Assembly: GCF_009914755.1 (NCBI RefSeq)
Contig: NC_060926.1
DNA length: 64,000 bases
Reading direction: 5' to 3' (one strand)
Origin: the human T2T-CHM13v2.0 reference genome, Homo sapiens
The notes under the pieces are model-generated. The model had not been told where the DNA came from, did no database searches, and was given only the letters and a program-made list of their open reading frames with translations. How positions within the stretch are numbered: the stretch's first letter is position 1; every line of letters begins with the position of its first letter. Shown one piece after another: positions 1-14,221 of the stretch. A program made the position numbers and the translations under genes.

Positions 1-792
1 TAATAAACCAATAAAAAAACTACAACAACTTTTCAAGACTTACACAATACAGTAAAACATAAAGATAAACAACTAAAAGTTTAAAAGTAGGGGGATGAAG
101 TTAAAGTGTAGACTCTGTTAGTTTTATTTTTGTGAGTTTGTGCAATCAGTGTTAAGTTGTCAGTATAAAATAATGGGTTATGATAGTATTTGCAAACCTC
201 AAATCAAAAAAAACATTTAACAGATACACAAAAAGTACAAAGCAAGAAATTAAAGCATTCCATCAGAGAAAATCACCATCACAAAAAGGACGACTGGAAG
301 GAAGAAATGGACCATTGAATGTAAATGGACTAAACTCTCTTATCAAAAGCCATAGAGTGGCTGAATGAATGAAAAAACAAGACCCAATATTCTGTTGCCT
401 GCAAGAAACACACTTCACCTATAGAGATATACATAGACTGAAAATAAAGGGATGGAAAAAGATATTCCATGCCAATAAAACCAAAAAAGAGCAGGAGTAG
501 CTACACTTATATCAGACAAAATAGATTTCAAGACAAAAACTGTAAGAAGAGACAAAGCCATTTTACAATGATAAAATAATCAGTTCAGCAACAGGATATA
601 ATGATTGTAAATATATATGTACCCCAACACTGGAGCACCCAGATATGTAAAGCATAAAAAAGAGATAGACCCCAATAGAATAATAGCTGGAGACTTCAAC
701 ATCCCATTTTCAACACTGAACAGATCTCCCAGTCAGAGTATCAAGAAACATTGGAATTAATTTGCACTATAGACCAAATGGACTTAATAGAT

Positions 793-933
793 TTTTAAAG
801 GGATTTTTTAAAAATTATACTTTAAGTTCTAGGGTATATGTGCACCAACGTGCAGGTTTGTTACATAGGTATACATGTGCCATGATGGTTTGCTGCACCC
901 ATCAACTCATCATTTACATTAGGTATTTCTCCT
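793..933 (-). mobile_element. Short L1PA (L1PA7/8-like) 3' end nested antisense in the older L1
   Basis: ttatactttaagttctagggta...tgcaggtttgttacataggtatacatgtgccatg...tgctgcacccatcaac is the reverse complement of the L1PA 3' terminus; host L1 resumes at atatttacagaa. Confidence 0.9.
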
Positions 934-1860
934 ATATTTACAGAAAATTTTATCCAATGGCTGCAAAATATGCATTCTTCTCCTGAGCACATAGATCATT
1001 CTCAAGGACAGACCATATGTTAGGTCACAAAACAAGTCTTGAAACATTAAAAAATCCTGAAGTAATATCAATCATCTTCTCTGACCACAATGAAATAAAA
1101 CTAGAAAGTAATAACAAGATGAATTTTGTAAACTATATAAACACATGGAAATTAAACAATATACTCCTGAATAAAAAGTGGATAAATGAAGGAATTAAAA
1201 AAGAAATTGAACATTTTTTGAAACAAATTATAATGAAAACAGAACATACCAAAACCTAGGGGTACAGTGAAAGCAGTACTAAAAAGGGAATTTATAGCTG
1301 TAAGTGCCTACAAAAAAAAGAAGAAAAATTCAAATAAATAAGCTAATGATGCATCTTAAAGAACTAGAAAATTAGGCACAAACCAAACAAAAATTAGTAG
1401 AATAAAAGAAATAATAAAAATCAGAGAAGAAATAAATTTGAAATGAAGAAAACAACTAAAAAGATCAATAAAACAAAAAAATTGTTATTTTGAAAATGTA
1501 AACAAAATGGACAAACTTTTAGCCAGACTGTAAGAAAAAAAAGGAAGACCCAAATAAATAAAATCAGAGATGAAAAGAGAGACATTACAACTGACACCAC
1601 AGAAATTCAAAAGATCATTAGTGACTATTATGAGCAACTATATACCAATAAATTAGAAAATCTAGAAGAAATTGATAAATTCCTAGATATATACAACCTA
1701 CCAAGACTGAACCATGAAGAAATCCAAAACCTGAACAGACCCATAACAAGTAATAAAATTGAAGCCATAATAAAAAAAAAAGTCTCCCAGTAAAGGAAAG
1801 CCCAGGACCTGATGACTTCACTGCTGATTTCTACCAAAGCTTAAAAGAATAATTAATACC

Positions 1861-2166
1861 AGTCAGGCATGGTGGCTCATGCCTGTAATCCCAGCACTTT
1901 GGGAGACTGAGGCAGGTGGATCACCTGAGGTCAGCAGCTCAAGAGCAGCCTGGCCAACATGGTGAAACCTCATCTCTACTAAAAATACAAAAATTAGCTG
2001 GGCATGGTGGCAGGTGCCTGTAATCCCAGCTACTCAGGAGGCTGAGGCTGGAGAATCACTTGAACCTGGAGGTGGAGATTGTAATGAGTGGAGATCGTGC
2101 CATTGCACTCCATCTTGGGCAACAGGAGTGAAACTCCATCTCAAAAAAAAAAAAAAAAAAAAAAAA
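1861..2166 (+). mobile_element. AluS
   Basis: Full dimer with A-rich linker and poly(A) tail; taatacca repeated on both sides. Confidence 0.97.
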
Positions 2167-4113
2167 CCTAATACCAATCTGACTCATGTGTTCCAAAAAA
2201 TAGAGGAGAAATAAATACTTCCAAACTCACTCTATGAGGCCAGTATTACCCCGACTTCAAAACCAGACAAAGGTCTATCAAAAAAAGGAAACTGCAGGCC
2301 AATATCTCTGATGAACATTGATGCAAAAATCTTCAACAAAATACTAACAAACCAAATTCAATAATACATTAGAAAGATCATTTATCATGACTAAGTGAGA
2401 TTTATCTCAGGGATGCAAGGATGGTTCAACATCAATCCGTCAATATGATACATCATATCAACAGAATGAAGGACAAAAGCAATATAATCAAATCAATTGA
2501 TGCTGAAAAAGTATTTGATAATATTCAACATCCCTTTATGATAAAACCCTTTAAAAACTGGGGATAAGGAACATACCTCAAAATAATAAAAGCCATATAT
2601 GACAGACCCACAGCTAGTATCATACTGAATGAGGAAAAACGGAAAGCCTTTCTTCTTGTATCTGGAATGTGACAAGGATGCCCACTTTCAGCACTGTTAT
2701 TTGACATAGTACTGAAAGCCATAGCTAGGTCAGTCAGACAAGAGAAAGAAATAATAGGCATCCTAATTGAAAAGAAAGAAGTCAGTTTATCCTTGTTTGT
2801 AGATGATATGGTCTTGTATTTGGAAAAACCTAAAGACTCCACCAAAAAAACTATTAAAATTGATAAATTCAACAAAGCTGCAAGATACAAAACCAACATA
2901 CAAAAATCAGTAGCATTTCTATATGCCAACAGTGAACAATGTGAAAAAGATAACAAAAAGCAATCCCATTTACAACAGACACAAATAGAATTAAATACCT
3001 AGGAATTAACCAAAGAAGTGAAAGATCTCTATAATAAAAACTATAAAACACTGATAAAAGAAATTGAAGAGTACATTAAAAATTGAAAGATATTTTATAT
3101 TCACAGATTGGAAGAATAAATATTGTTAAAATGTCCTTACTACTCAAGCAATCTACAGATTGAATGCAATCCCTATCAAAATAGCAATGACATTCTTCAC
3201 AGAAATAAGAAAAATAATTCTAAAATTCGTGTGGAACCACAAAAGACCTAGCATAGCTGAAGTCAACCTGAACAAAAAGAACAAAACTGGAGGAATCACA
3301 TTATCTGACTTAAAATTATGCTACAGAGCTATAGGAACAAAAACAGCATGGTACTGGCATAAAAACAGACTGATAAACCAATGGAAAAGAATAGAAAACC
3401 AAGAAAAAAATCCACACATTTACAGCAAACTCATTTTCAACAAAGTTGGGGAGAACATACAATGGGAAAGACAGTCTCTTCTTTTTTAAATAAATAATAC
3501 TGGGAAAACTGAATATCCATATGCAGAAGAATGAAATGCCATCTCTATGTCTCACTTTATACAAAATGCAATTCAAAATGGATTAAATATTTAAATCTAA
3601 GACTTCAAAATATGAAACTCCTACAAGAAAACATTGGGAACACTCTCCAGGACATTAATCTTTGCAAAAGTTTCTTGAGTAATACCCCATGAGCACAGGC
3701 AACCAAAGCAAAAATGGACAAATGGAATAATATTGAGTTGAAAAGCTTCCTTTCCCAAAAAAGCGTCAACCAATACTGAAGAGACAACCTACCAAATGAA
3801 AGAAAATATGTGCAAACTACTCATCTGGCAAGGGCTTAATAACCAGAATATATAAAGAGCTCAAACAACTCTATAGGAAAAAATATAATAATCCGATTTA
3901 AAAATGGGCAAAAGATTTGAATAGACATTTCCCAAAATGGTAAACAGGCATATGCAAAGGTATTTGACATCAATGATCATTAGAGAAATGCATATCAAAA
4001 TTACAAGGAGATATCATCTCATCCCAATTAAAATGTTTTTTATCCAAAAGTCAGACAATAACAAATGCTGGTGAGGATGTGGAGAAAAAAAAGGAATGTA
4101 AATGAGTACAACC

Positions 4114-4615
<502 letters not shown>

Positions 4616-4639
4616 GCTGTGTGTGATGGAAGGGGCCTG

Positions 4640-4845
4640 GACTGCAAGTTCGATTGGAACTGAGCTACACCCACTGTACGGCTGACCAGCGTGGTGACAC
4701 TGAGAAGTCACTGATTCTCTGTGAGCCTCAGTTACATCATTTTTAAAATGAAAATGATTACTGACATCTGAGTTTTACTGTAAGGACTAAATGTGAATTT
4801 GCCTGGTGGTACCAGCACACAGTAGGCAATTTGTAAATACTCAAC
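4640..4845 (+). mobile_element. MIR fragment
   Basis: aagtcactgattctctgtgagcctcagttacatcatttttaaaatg core and cctggtggtaccagcacacagtaggc 3' part. Confidence 0.65.
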
Positions 4846-7622
4846 AAATCAACAGCTATCTCTCAACCCATCCTTATACATTGATTTATGGTGTAATTAA
4901 AATACTTAAATGGAATGATGCATTTCAAAACTCCTTAGTACTCTATAGCTTTGAGTGATGCTCACTGCTTTCACCGAGTTACTAAATTCAGCGCGTTGAG
5001 CTTGAGCTGCCTTAGACGCACGTGATTGTTCCATGTAGAGGGAATGCCCCTTCACCCATCAGTCCACACCAACTGCCTTGACAGTCAGTGTTACCTGCAC
5101 TCCGTTGTGAGTCTTTCTAGGGAAAGTTGGCCCTTGGATGCTTGGCTCATGCTGTGGTCTGTTTGGACTCAGTAACAACCTCAGCAGCAACCACCCCAAA
5201 CACAGCAAGAAGCAGAAATATACACACTGGGAAAAGGCATTCCCTGTCAACAAAAATAGCAGAGATGTTGAAGCCATAGTCTTGCACCTTGGAGGAAGGA
5301 TGGCACAGTGGGAAAACCCTGGAGATGGACATCTTACTGCAGCTAACAAAGTGCATGGTTTTAGACATGTCGACATCCTCACTGGATCTTAATTTTTTTT
5401 GGTTTATCTAAAGCAAAGCAGCGGCAATTGGGTTTTTTGGAGCATTGACTTTACTCTAAGAATGGTCTTCTAGTTCTAATATACACCAGCACGTGTTTAG
5501 ATCAGAGTGGGAAGGATGGAAGAAATCATTCAGATGGGAAAGTGTTGAAGAAACTAGACTCAAGAAGATCTCAGTAGCTTTCCCCAAATTACTGAAAGAC
5601 TGCCATAAAAAGAGGACAGATTTGCTCCGTGTGGCCTTGTAGATTGCAGCTAAGATAAGCAGCAAGAAACTCCAATTTTCCAATTGTGTAAGTGAAAATG
5701 TCTTCGTGATCCTAATCATAAGCAGGATGATCTCCATGAGAAGCAGAGGGTTCTCTGTTACAAGGAGCGTTCAAACATATTGCATTACCATTTCGAAGGG
5801 ATTTAAATTCAGCGGGTCTGGGCTTTGAGAGACATTTACAGGGACACTGTCCATGGCCACACTGACTGTGCACTCAAAAGGCAGGGGGACCACCCCCGAA
5901 GTCAGCCCCGTGATGGTGCCCCCAGAAGCTGTGGAAGGAGGAACACGGAACATGGAACACAGAAGTTGTGTAAAGGCCCTGGCCATTAGGCCTTTTCCAG
6001 CCTTGAGCATCTCTGAGCTAATCATGGCATCACCTGCAGATCTCTCAGCCACTTCAGAGCCCTCTCGTTCTGTGAATCTATGAAAACACCACTGCTGCCA
6101 GAAATTTGTGTTGCTTCATCTTAGTGTTTTTTAAAATATTGTGTTGTGTTAAACCTGTCTTTAAACTTAGACCAGTAAAATCTGATAATAAAATCTTACT
6201 GATTCTAAAAGGAGTCCAGTGCTCTTCTTTCTAATGAAAGTTAACAGATAATATCACTGAGGCACTAGCATCTAATGTATGTATGTGGGTATGCCCTTGT
6301 GTGTACTGAGCAAGCATAACTCATGTCATAATCAACTAGAACGCAGCTCAATGGTTAGCATTTGGTCCTTTAAGAGTTTTTCAGTGAAAATATTTTTCCC
6401 AAAAAAAACCTCTCTTTGTCTATTTTATTCATTTTTAGGTACTAGACAATGTTAGGGTAACTTAAATCACAGAGTCTCAATTCAAAAGTTAGATCGTTGA
6501 GAGCAAATATGAATCAAAGCTGTGAATCTGATTTCACAGCACAGTCTCCTGTGCTGCTGTGGCTTGGCCTGGAGTGGAAAAGAAGCCTGCATTTAGCTTC
6601 CCTGTTTCTCTTCCAGCCCTTCTCCCTCCTCCTACACCCAGCTTTTAGTTTGCTGGGCCCTCTCCCATGTTGGAGCCCGGAGAAGCAAGATGAAGGACAG
6701 AAGCATTCTTGTTACGCTCATGCTGTTATAAGCTGGCCTTCCACTCTCTGTGGCAGATTTTTGAAACAGATTCTTTCTCTCACGGACACTTCTGAGTGTT
6801 TTTTGAAAATTAGCTTTGCTGTGGCTTCTCTCCTGCCGTGCCTCTGACCCGGTAGATGAATCTCTCTTGTGGGAGGCTGTATGACTCCTCCCACGGTTCC
6901 CAGTGAGTGTGTGTCCTCCACCAACTTCTTGGCGCTGGGTCCCTCTGCCCCCCTTGGCAGAACTTCTGGAGAGATCTGTCGGCAACCTGCTCTCAGGTCT
7001 CTCTTCCCCACACAGCATGTTAAACTCTTATCCAATCCTTACTTCAATAAACTCCAGGAGTGTGCAGACCCCTCTCAACACAGCAGCAAGAGGCTGAATG
7101 GCGTCCTCCAGCAGAGGCAGACACCAGGAGACTCTCTTGTCAGCTGCAGGGGACATAGACTTTGAAGTTCCCTCTCACCAGGACTGGAGACACAAAATAA
7201 TGCTAAAACATTTCTTCACACCTTTTCCTTTCCCCCCAGCCCAGCAATTGTGTATTCAGAGTGGGTGAGGAAGTTCGGGAGTGGAGGAGTTATTCTGAGT
7301 GATTTCCTTTGTTGAGTCTGCTTAGAGGGTTTCCCCCTCTCCTGGATGTCTGATAGCTGCCAGATGGATGCTTCCATTGACATCGAGGCAGGAAAATTAC
7401 CATTTGACATCCTACTTCACATACAAGACATAATTTCCTATGAAACGTATTTAACATAATATATAACATATTTAATAGCACCCTGCCAAGGTAGGCTTAA
7501 TTGTCTCCATTTACATAGAAAGAAAGTCAGACTTGACGAAGTGGAGTAATCTGGGGGCGCACATAGGCAACAAGAGGCAGAGCTGAGATTCCGCCGGACG
7601 CCAGGAGCCCTTTGCACGAGAC

Positions 7623-7805
7623 CTGTGATTTCTCAGCTTGAACATGTACCGTAATCACCTGGAGGGCCTGGGGAATGCTGAGCCGCACCCCAAGAGCTTC
7701 TGATTCAGGTATGGGGTGGGGCCTGATAATTTACGTTTCTAACTCCTTTCCAGGTGAGGCCAAATGTGGCCACTGGTCTGAAGGCCCTGCGTGGAGAAAC
7801 ACTGC
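7623..7805. mobile_element. MER5A-like hAT-Charlie MITE
   Basis: tttctcagcttg...aatcacctggagggcc...tctgattcaggtatggggtggggcctgataatttacgtttctaac...gagaaacactg. Confidence 0.75.
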
Positions 7806-9219
7806 ATTCATGACACTGACCTAACTTCCCTAAATCAACACGCTCCTCTCTTCTCTTCCCTTTCCAAGCAGCGACACGGTAGTCTTTCTCAATCTGTTTC
7901 TTGTCAGGGAATGCCTAATTGGGCTTTCTCGGTACTTGGCTCGGGGGATCTGCATGAGGACAAGATCACTGTGAGTCGCAGGTGCACTCAGGGCACAGCC
8001 GACTGAAGACACCTAATTGCTCTCCGTGATGGGGAGAAACTTGTTAAGGTTTCCTCAAGGGAGAAAAGGGAGCGTTACATGTGGTTAAAAGGGCCATGTT
8101 GGAAATAAGATACGGCCGTCTCAACACAATTTCACCTAAACAAGTACTCATCTGAGGAAGGTGCGCCCAGCACCACGTGCTCTGCGGGGCTTGTGAGGTG
8201 ATGACCAGGTAAAGCAATTTCATTGAGCACAGTACGCCACTTTAGTAAGCCTTTAAGCATACACACGTGCACAGGAAACTCATCTTTTATGCTTTTGCCT
8301 ACTGGCTGGTAGATTTAAGGAGCCACATAAATAGGTAGGAGAAGAAAAATAAATACATAAATATATAAATAAATAAACAAAAAGGTAATTTAATCTTGAA
8401 AACTGAGTTTTCATTTGGAATAAGCCAATTTATAAAGCTGGAAGTGACAAGCTAAAATTAAATGTACTTTCTCTTTATTACTGTTTCTCGACACCCTCAT
8501 CAGCCAATTACACTCTCAAATCATTTAGTAGAAGGATCAACTTTACTCTCTTTTGAAGGAGAAAAATTCTCCTTAAAATTCCATTTTAATATCTGATTGA
8601 CAGCTAATTTACATTTTTATTTGTCATGTTCTCTGAATTTTCTCTGTAAGAATATGTCCATTCAGAATCTGTGCATCTGGACCTGGGTCAAGTACTCTGA
8701 TAGGAAGATATCTGAACATCATGAAAAACTGAGAAGTCCTAAGCAATTTCTGAAATCTGGCCCCACAGCTTAGACCTAAGCTTGTGAAGCTTTATTGAAT
8801 ATCTTCACATTCAATAAAGCTTTTACATTTAAGAATATTGTAAATGAGTTATGTGTTCTGTCTTCAAAGATATCTATATGCAAGCAATATGATTGTAGGT
8901 CAATGTAAATGCCAAATCTGGCCAAACGTTTATTTCTTGGTCTAGGGACTGGCTGCTTAAGCAAGATTTGTTTTATATAATAGTCCAAACAGCTTTCATT
9001 TCCTGTTTACATCAAAGCCATCAGCTGTAATTTTAAACATAAAATTTCAATTGGATTAAATGTGCCTTCTACTTCTGTTATTTCATTCATTCTGGAATAC
9101 TGCTAAAAGACACCAAATCAAGAGCATCGTCAGGGACCACCAATGCATGCACTATCGGCCGTATCATCCCATCACATTCTAGATGTTTGAAGGACAATTT
9201 TTCTAATATATTACATGTA

Positions 9220-9589
9220 CAGATGCTCCTCAACTTATGGAAAAGTGGTATCCTGATAAACTCACTATAAGTTGAAAATATCATAAGTGGAAAATACGTT
9301 TTATGCACGGAACTTACTGCACATCATAGCTTAGCCTAGCCTGCCTTAGTTCTCAGAACATTCACATTCGCCTAGAGATGGGAAAAATCAAGTAACACAA
9401 AACCTGTTTTATAATACGTGTTGAATATCTCATGTATTTATTGAACACTGCACTGAAACTGAAAAACACGATGGTTGGGTGGGTATGTGGGCACTTATAG
9501 CACGGTTTCTACTGAAAGGGCAGCGCCTTCACCCCATCCTAAAGTCAAAAAGCCGTCAGGTGAAGCCACTGTAAGCCAGAAACCATCTG
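9220..9589 (+). mobile_element. MER47A (Tigger-family MITE)
   Basis: Starts TA|cagatgctcctcaactta, ends accatctg; internal catcatagcttagcctagcct and tgttgaatatctcatgta match the MER47A consensus as remembered. Confidence 0.85.
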
Positions 9590-9595
9590 CAGATC

Positions 9596-10240
9596 TAGTC
9601 CACCCTCAGTATCCACGGGGTATTGGTTCCAGGAAACCCTCTAGAAAACCAAAATCCACAGATGCACAAGTCCCTGATCTAAAATGGTATGGTATTTTCA
9701 TATAACCTACACACACCCTCCAATGTACTTTTATTGTTGTTGAGACAGAGTCTCACTGTAGCACTCATGCTGAAGTGCAGTGGTGCGATCACAGCCTCGG
9801 CCTACTGGGCTCCGGTGATTCTCCCATTTCAGCCTCCTGACTAGCTGGGACTACAGGCATGCAGAACCATGCGTGGCTAGGCTCATGTTTTGTATCGTTT
9901 GTAGAGATGGAGTCTCACCATGTTGCCAAGGCTGGTCTCGAAATTCTGAGCTCAAGCAGTCTGCCGGCCCCGGCCTCCCAAAGTGCTAGGATTGCAAGTG
10001 TGAGCCACTGCACCCGGCCACCTCTTGTATACTTTAAATCATTTCTAGATAATTTATAATATCTAATACAATGTAAATGCTATGTAAATATATGTTATCC
10101 TGTATTGTTTAGGGAATAATAACAGGCAAAACAATCTGTACATGCTCAGTGCAGATACAATCAATCATCTATTTTTTTCCAAATGTCTTTAATCCGTGGT
10201 TGGTTGCATTCACAGATGTTGACCATACAGACAGGGAGGG
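9596..10240 (+). mobile_element. MER2 (Tigger-family MITE) interrupted by AluJ
   Basis: ccctcagtatccacgggg.attggttccagga...aaaatccacagatgcacaagtccct; resumes tatactttaaatcatttctagat...tacaatgtaaatgctatgtaaata; ends cagggagggc. Confidence 0.85.
9729..10019 (-). mobile_element. AluJ
   Basis: Diverged reverse Alu with AluJ-type gagctcaagcagtctgcc. Confidence 0.9.
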
Positions 10241-10400
10241 CACACACACACAGAATCATCCACTGCATAATGACATCCACACACATACACACACACAGAA
10301 TCATGCACTGTATAATGACATCACACACACACAGAAGAGTCCACCACATAATGACATCACACACACATACGCACACAGAATCATGCACCCCATAATGACA

Positions 10401-10447
<47 letters not shown>

Positions 10448-10466
10448 CATGGACTGCATAATGACA
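10241..10466. repeat. Compound minisatellite: (CA)n plus ~25-bp Tigger3a terminus, 5 units
   Basis: Repeating (ca)n-agaatcatgcactgcataatgacat-like units. Confidence 0.9.
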
Positions 10467-10791
10467 TTTTGGTCAATGCTGGAGCACATATGTGACAGTT
10501 TTCTCATATGATTATAATACCGTATTTCCACTGTACCATTTCTGTGTTGGGGTGTGTGATGTGTTTAGATATACAAATCTCTACCTTTGTGTTATAATTG
10601 CCTTCAATATTCAGTATGATAACTTGCTGTATGGGTTTGTAACCTAGGAGCAATAGGCTACACTGCATAGTCTAGATGTGTTGGAGGCTCTACCACCTAG
10701 GTGTACACACTCCAGGATGTTTGCACAGGAGCAAAATCACCTAAGACACATTTCTCAGGATGTATTCCCATCCCTGTGTGATGCCTGCCTG
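10443..10791 (+). mobile_element. Tigger3a (GOLEM_A) MITE
   Basis: gtcatggactgcataatgacattttggtcaa...gattataataccgtattt...cctaggagcaataggcta...catttctcaggatgtattccc. Confidence 0.85.
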
Positions 10792-12527
10792 TATGTAGAG
10801 GTGTTCTGGCTGCTTGGTGTTCACTTTCCCGGACATGTTTCTTGCCACCCCTATATCTGTCAATACATTGACATCATTTTTGAGAGATCCCTTAACCATG
10901 AGGCACTGCCAGGACATAGCTCCCAGCAGATGTCATGGAAGTTCCAGCAACTCTGGATCCCATGAGGGGAGGGCTTAGCAGCTCTACCCATGGGCCATAG
11001 GAGAGAGAGCTCACAGCTGGCAGGGGCCCAGCAAGGATAGGGTGGATCTCCCTCTGAACATGGAGCTGCAAGGAGCCTTCCAGCCAAGCCTTGGGACCGT
11101 CTCTGAACCCTTACCCAAATCATTCACCACATCCATCCTTCTACCCTGGGCGCTGCCCCTGCCCTATGGTAACTTTCTGGGTTACCATAATCGATGTCAC
11201 CCCTCTGGAGCTCTGTTTCCCATAGATAGGGATGATAAAACTTATCCTATGCAATTATTAGGAATAAAAATCCTGTGCACTGTATGTAGGTCCTTCTGCC
11301 TTCCTTTCGAGGTGCATGCCGATTTCTAAGTCAAGTTAATAATGAACAAATGGGCTGCTCCTGCAAAACACGTTTGCCTTTTAACAGCAGTCTCCTGGAG
11401 ACAGGTTCCCCTGAGTAAAAAATGAGTTCCTAAGTGCAGGACTCAGCCATTGTGGTCAAGCTGTTGGAGGCACAGTCTGAAAATTTGCCATTCCATTGCA
11501 GGCCATCTGTCCACTCAAATGGCAAAACATAATATACAAAAGATAAATAAGTAACTAAAAGTACAAGAGGTACATAACCCAAGAGATATTCCAAGACAAA
11601 ATTGGGAAACAGGTTTCATCTTGCAGGTCAAACAAGATAGGTTAGCAGTGGAGGAGGACCGTCGGCTGCCTGGCTCCTGTGGGGAGGGTCCTGCTCAGGC
11701 ACTGTGGATAAAGACTTGGAGAGAAACAGGAGATTCGCACAGAACAGTGCTGCAGTCAAGGGCTGCCCCAGTCTTTTACAGAATCAACAGCAAAGAACCT
11801 GACACAAGTGACCATGCATCAATCTCAGACGAGAGGGAAGTCACTGGCGTTGACACTAGATTTCCCGTGTCTGAGTTAGAACTGGCAGGATTACAGAATA
11901 TGGATAAAAATAATAATAAGGAGCTGTCTCCAGCTGAAGGCAGCCACTAAGGCAAACTGTGGGGGAGAAAAAAAATAAAAAAGGTTATTTGCATAGTGAG
12001 GGGATTCATTTATCTGGGGTGGACCTGTGTAATGGGTGAGCTGTGAAGTGCACATGGGACAGAGATACACTTTAAATGAACCCACTTTAGGTCAGGCTGA
12101 GTGCTTTTGGAACTACTCCTATTATAGATCTTGAACTTGCATTTTAAAAGTTATTTTGTGACCATAGCATCTCTAAAATGAATGAGATCTTTAAAAAAGC
12201 AAGAAACACACCAAACACCAAAGCTCATCTTTGAGTTCAGAGCTTAGCTTAGAGTGAGGCATTCCAGGACTGACTCCCTGGGGAAACAGGGTCAGACTCA
12301 GTCCTTGGAGACATAGGTATGCAACAGGGACAGTCCCCCAGAAGCAGAAAGCGCGTCACTGAGTGCTCTCCTGTGCTTACTTGGAAGCAGAGCCGGTGAG
12401 CTCCCAGGACGGAGGTGGGAGCCTCCTTGCTTTCATTCCTGGGTCTGTGCCGCTGCTTGCAGCATCCAGCCCTGCAGTTCTAAGTCACTGGAGACCCTAC
12501 ATGCCTGGCCCAGCACAGAAACACGTC

Positions 12528-12946
12528 TGATATGCTTTGGATCAGTTCCCTGCTCAAGTCCCATGTTAAATTGCAGTCCCCAGTGTGGACAGTGGGGCCA
12601 GGTGAAAGGCCATTGGATCATGGGGGTGGGTTTCTCACGAATGGTTTTACACTAACCCCTCGGTGCTGTTCTCGTGATAGTGAGTGAGTTCTCCTGAAGA
12701 GACTTGGTCATTTAAAAGTGTGTGGCACCTCCCTCCCTCTCTCTCTCTCTTGCTCCTGCCCCTGCCATGTAAGACACCTGCTTCCCCTTTGCCTTCCGCC
12801 ATGAGTGGAGACTTTCTGAGGCCTCCCCAGAAGCCTAAGCCCCTATGCTTCCTGCACAGCAGAACCATGAGCCAATTAAACCTCTTTTCTTTATAAGTTA
12901 CTCAGTCACAGGTATTTCTTTACACCAGTGCAAGAATGGACTAACA
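12528..12946 (+). mobile_element. MSTA/MSTB solo LTR (ERVL-MaLR)
   Basis: tgatatgctttggat...gaaccatgagccaattaaacctcttttctttata...gaatggactaaca; perfect 5-bp TSD acgtc at 12523-12527 and 12947-12951. Confidence 0.93.
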
Positions 12947-13720
12947 ACGTCCCACCTACTCGTGACCCACATGACCTGAATCTGCTCCCCTTCCAGCTTT
13001 TCTGACCCACGGCTTCCTAACTCCTCTCATCCCCCATGGCGTGATGCCCATCTTCATCCTTTCAGCTGAGCGTGCCGATTTTACTGACCCTGGCTTTTCC
13101 TGTCTTCACCTTTCTGTCGTCCCACCAGGGGCGAAGCTGACCCCCAGCTCATTTGCTCCTCTCCCCACCCTCACTCCCAGAATCCCCTCTAGAAATCTCC
13201 CGATTCACATGCCCAAGGGCCCATCTGGAGCAGACTCCAGCTGTTTGGACATCACTCTTGTTATGGTTTGAAGCTGCAGCTTCCCTTTTCTGATCTGCTT
13301 TCCATGCTGCTTCTGAAGAGATGTTGCCTCTGCCTCTTCCATTTGAATGAAACAAAAGCCCACCAAGTGTGCTCAGTGTCGTGGGGCTCCATGGGAATGA
13401 GCTCATTAATGTTCTCCTGCTCCTCAGAGGTGGGTGTCAAGGGGCCCCTCTTTGCCTGCAGCCTTAAATACACTCCTCGGAATGCTGAGGAAACTGCAGC
13501 CATCCCTGCAGGGTGAGTTTGGAAAACGGTGTCAACAACTGTGATATGTGGCCAGAAGCTGCTTCTGTAAAGCAGAGCCCAGCCATGAGTGTTTGCTGGA
13601 TGAGATAGGTACTGCTGTGTGTTAATCCACAGACCCTATCACCACAGCCACCATTGCTGCCCTCAGCTGAGGTCCCACTGTGTGTCAGGCACCTGCCAGG
13701 CACTTGTCATGCATTATTGA

Positions 13721-14221
<501 letters not shown>

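Larger units (their letters stand above)
1..4113 (+). mobile_element. Decayed L1 (L1MA-like): inter-ORF region and ORF2 remnant, 3' UTR missing; interrupted by an L1PA fragment and an Alu
   Basis: Endonuclease motif LNVNGLNS..K.HRVAE at ~315-368, RT-region fragment MFVDDMVLYLEKPKDS (2793), C-terminal NAIPIKI...[10 protein letters not shown] (3160); many stops and frameshifts; A-rich + strand. Confidence 0.95.

Noticed and set aside
180-3489. ORFs with L1 ORF2 endonuclease/RT similarity
   Set aside because: Short fragments of a decayed L1 broken by stops, frameshifts and nested insertions; not a functional CDS
13425-13520. Possible exon ending in a strong donor (CAGG|GTGAGT at ~13512)
   Set aside because: A single splice-like signal without partner exons or a coding frame; such motifs occur often by chance
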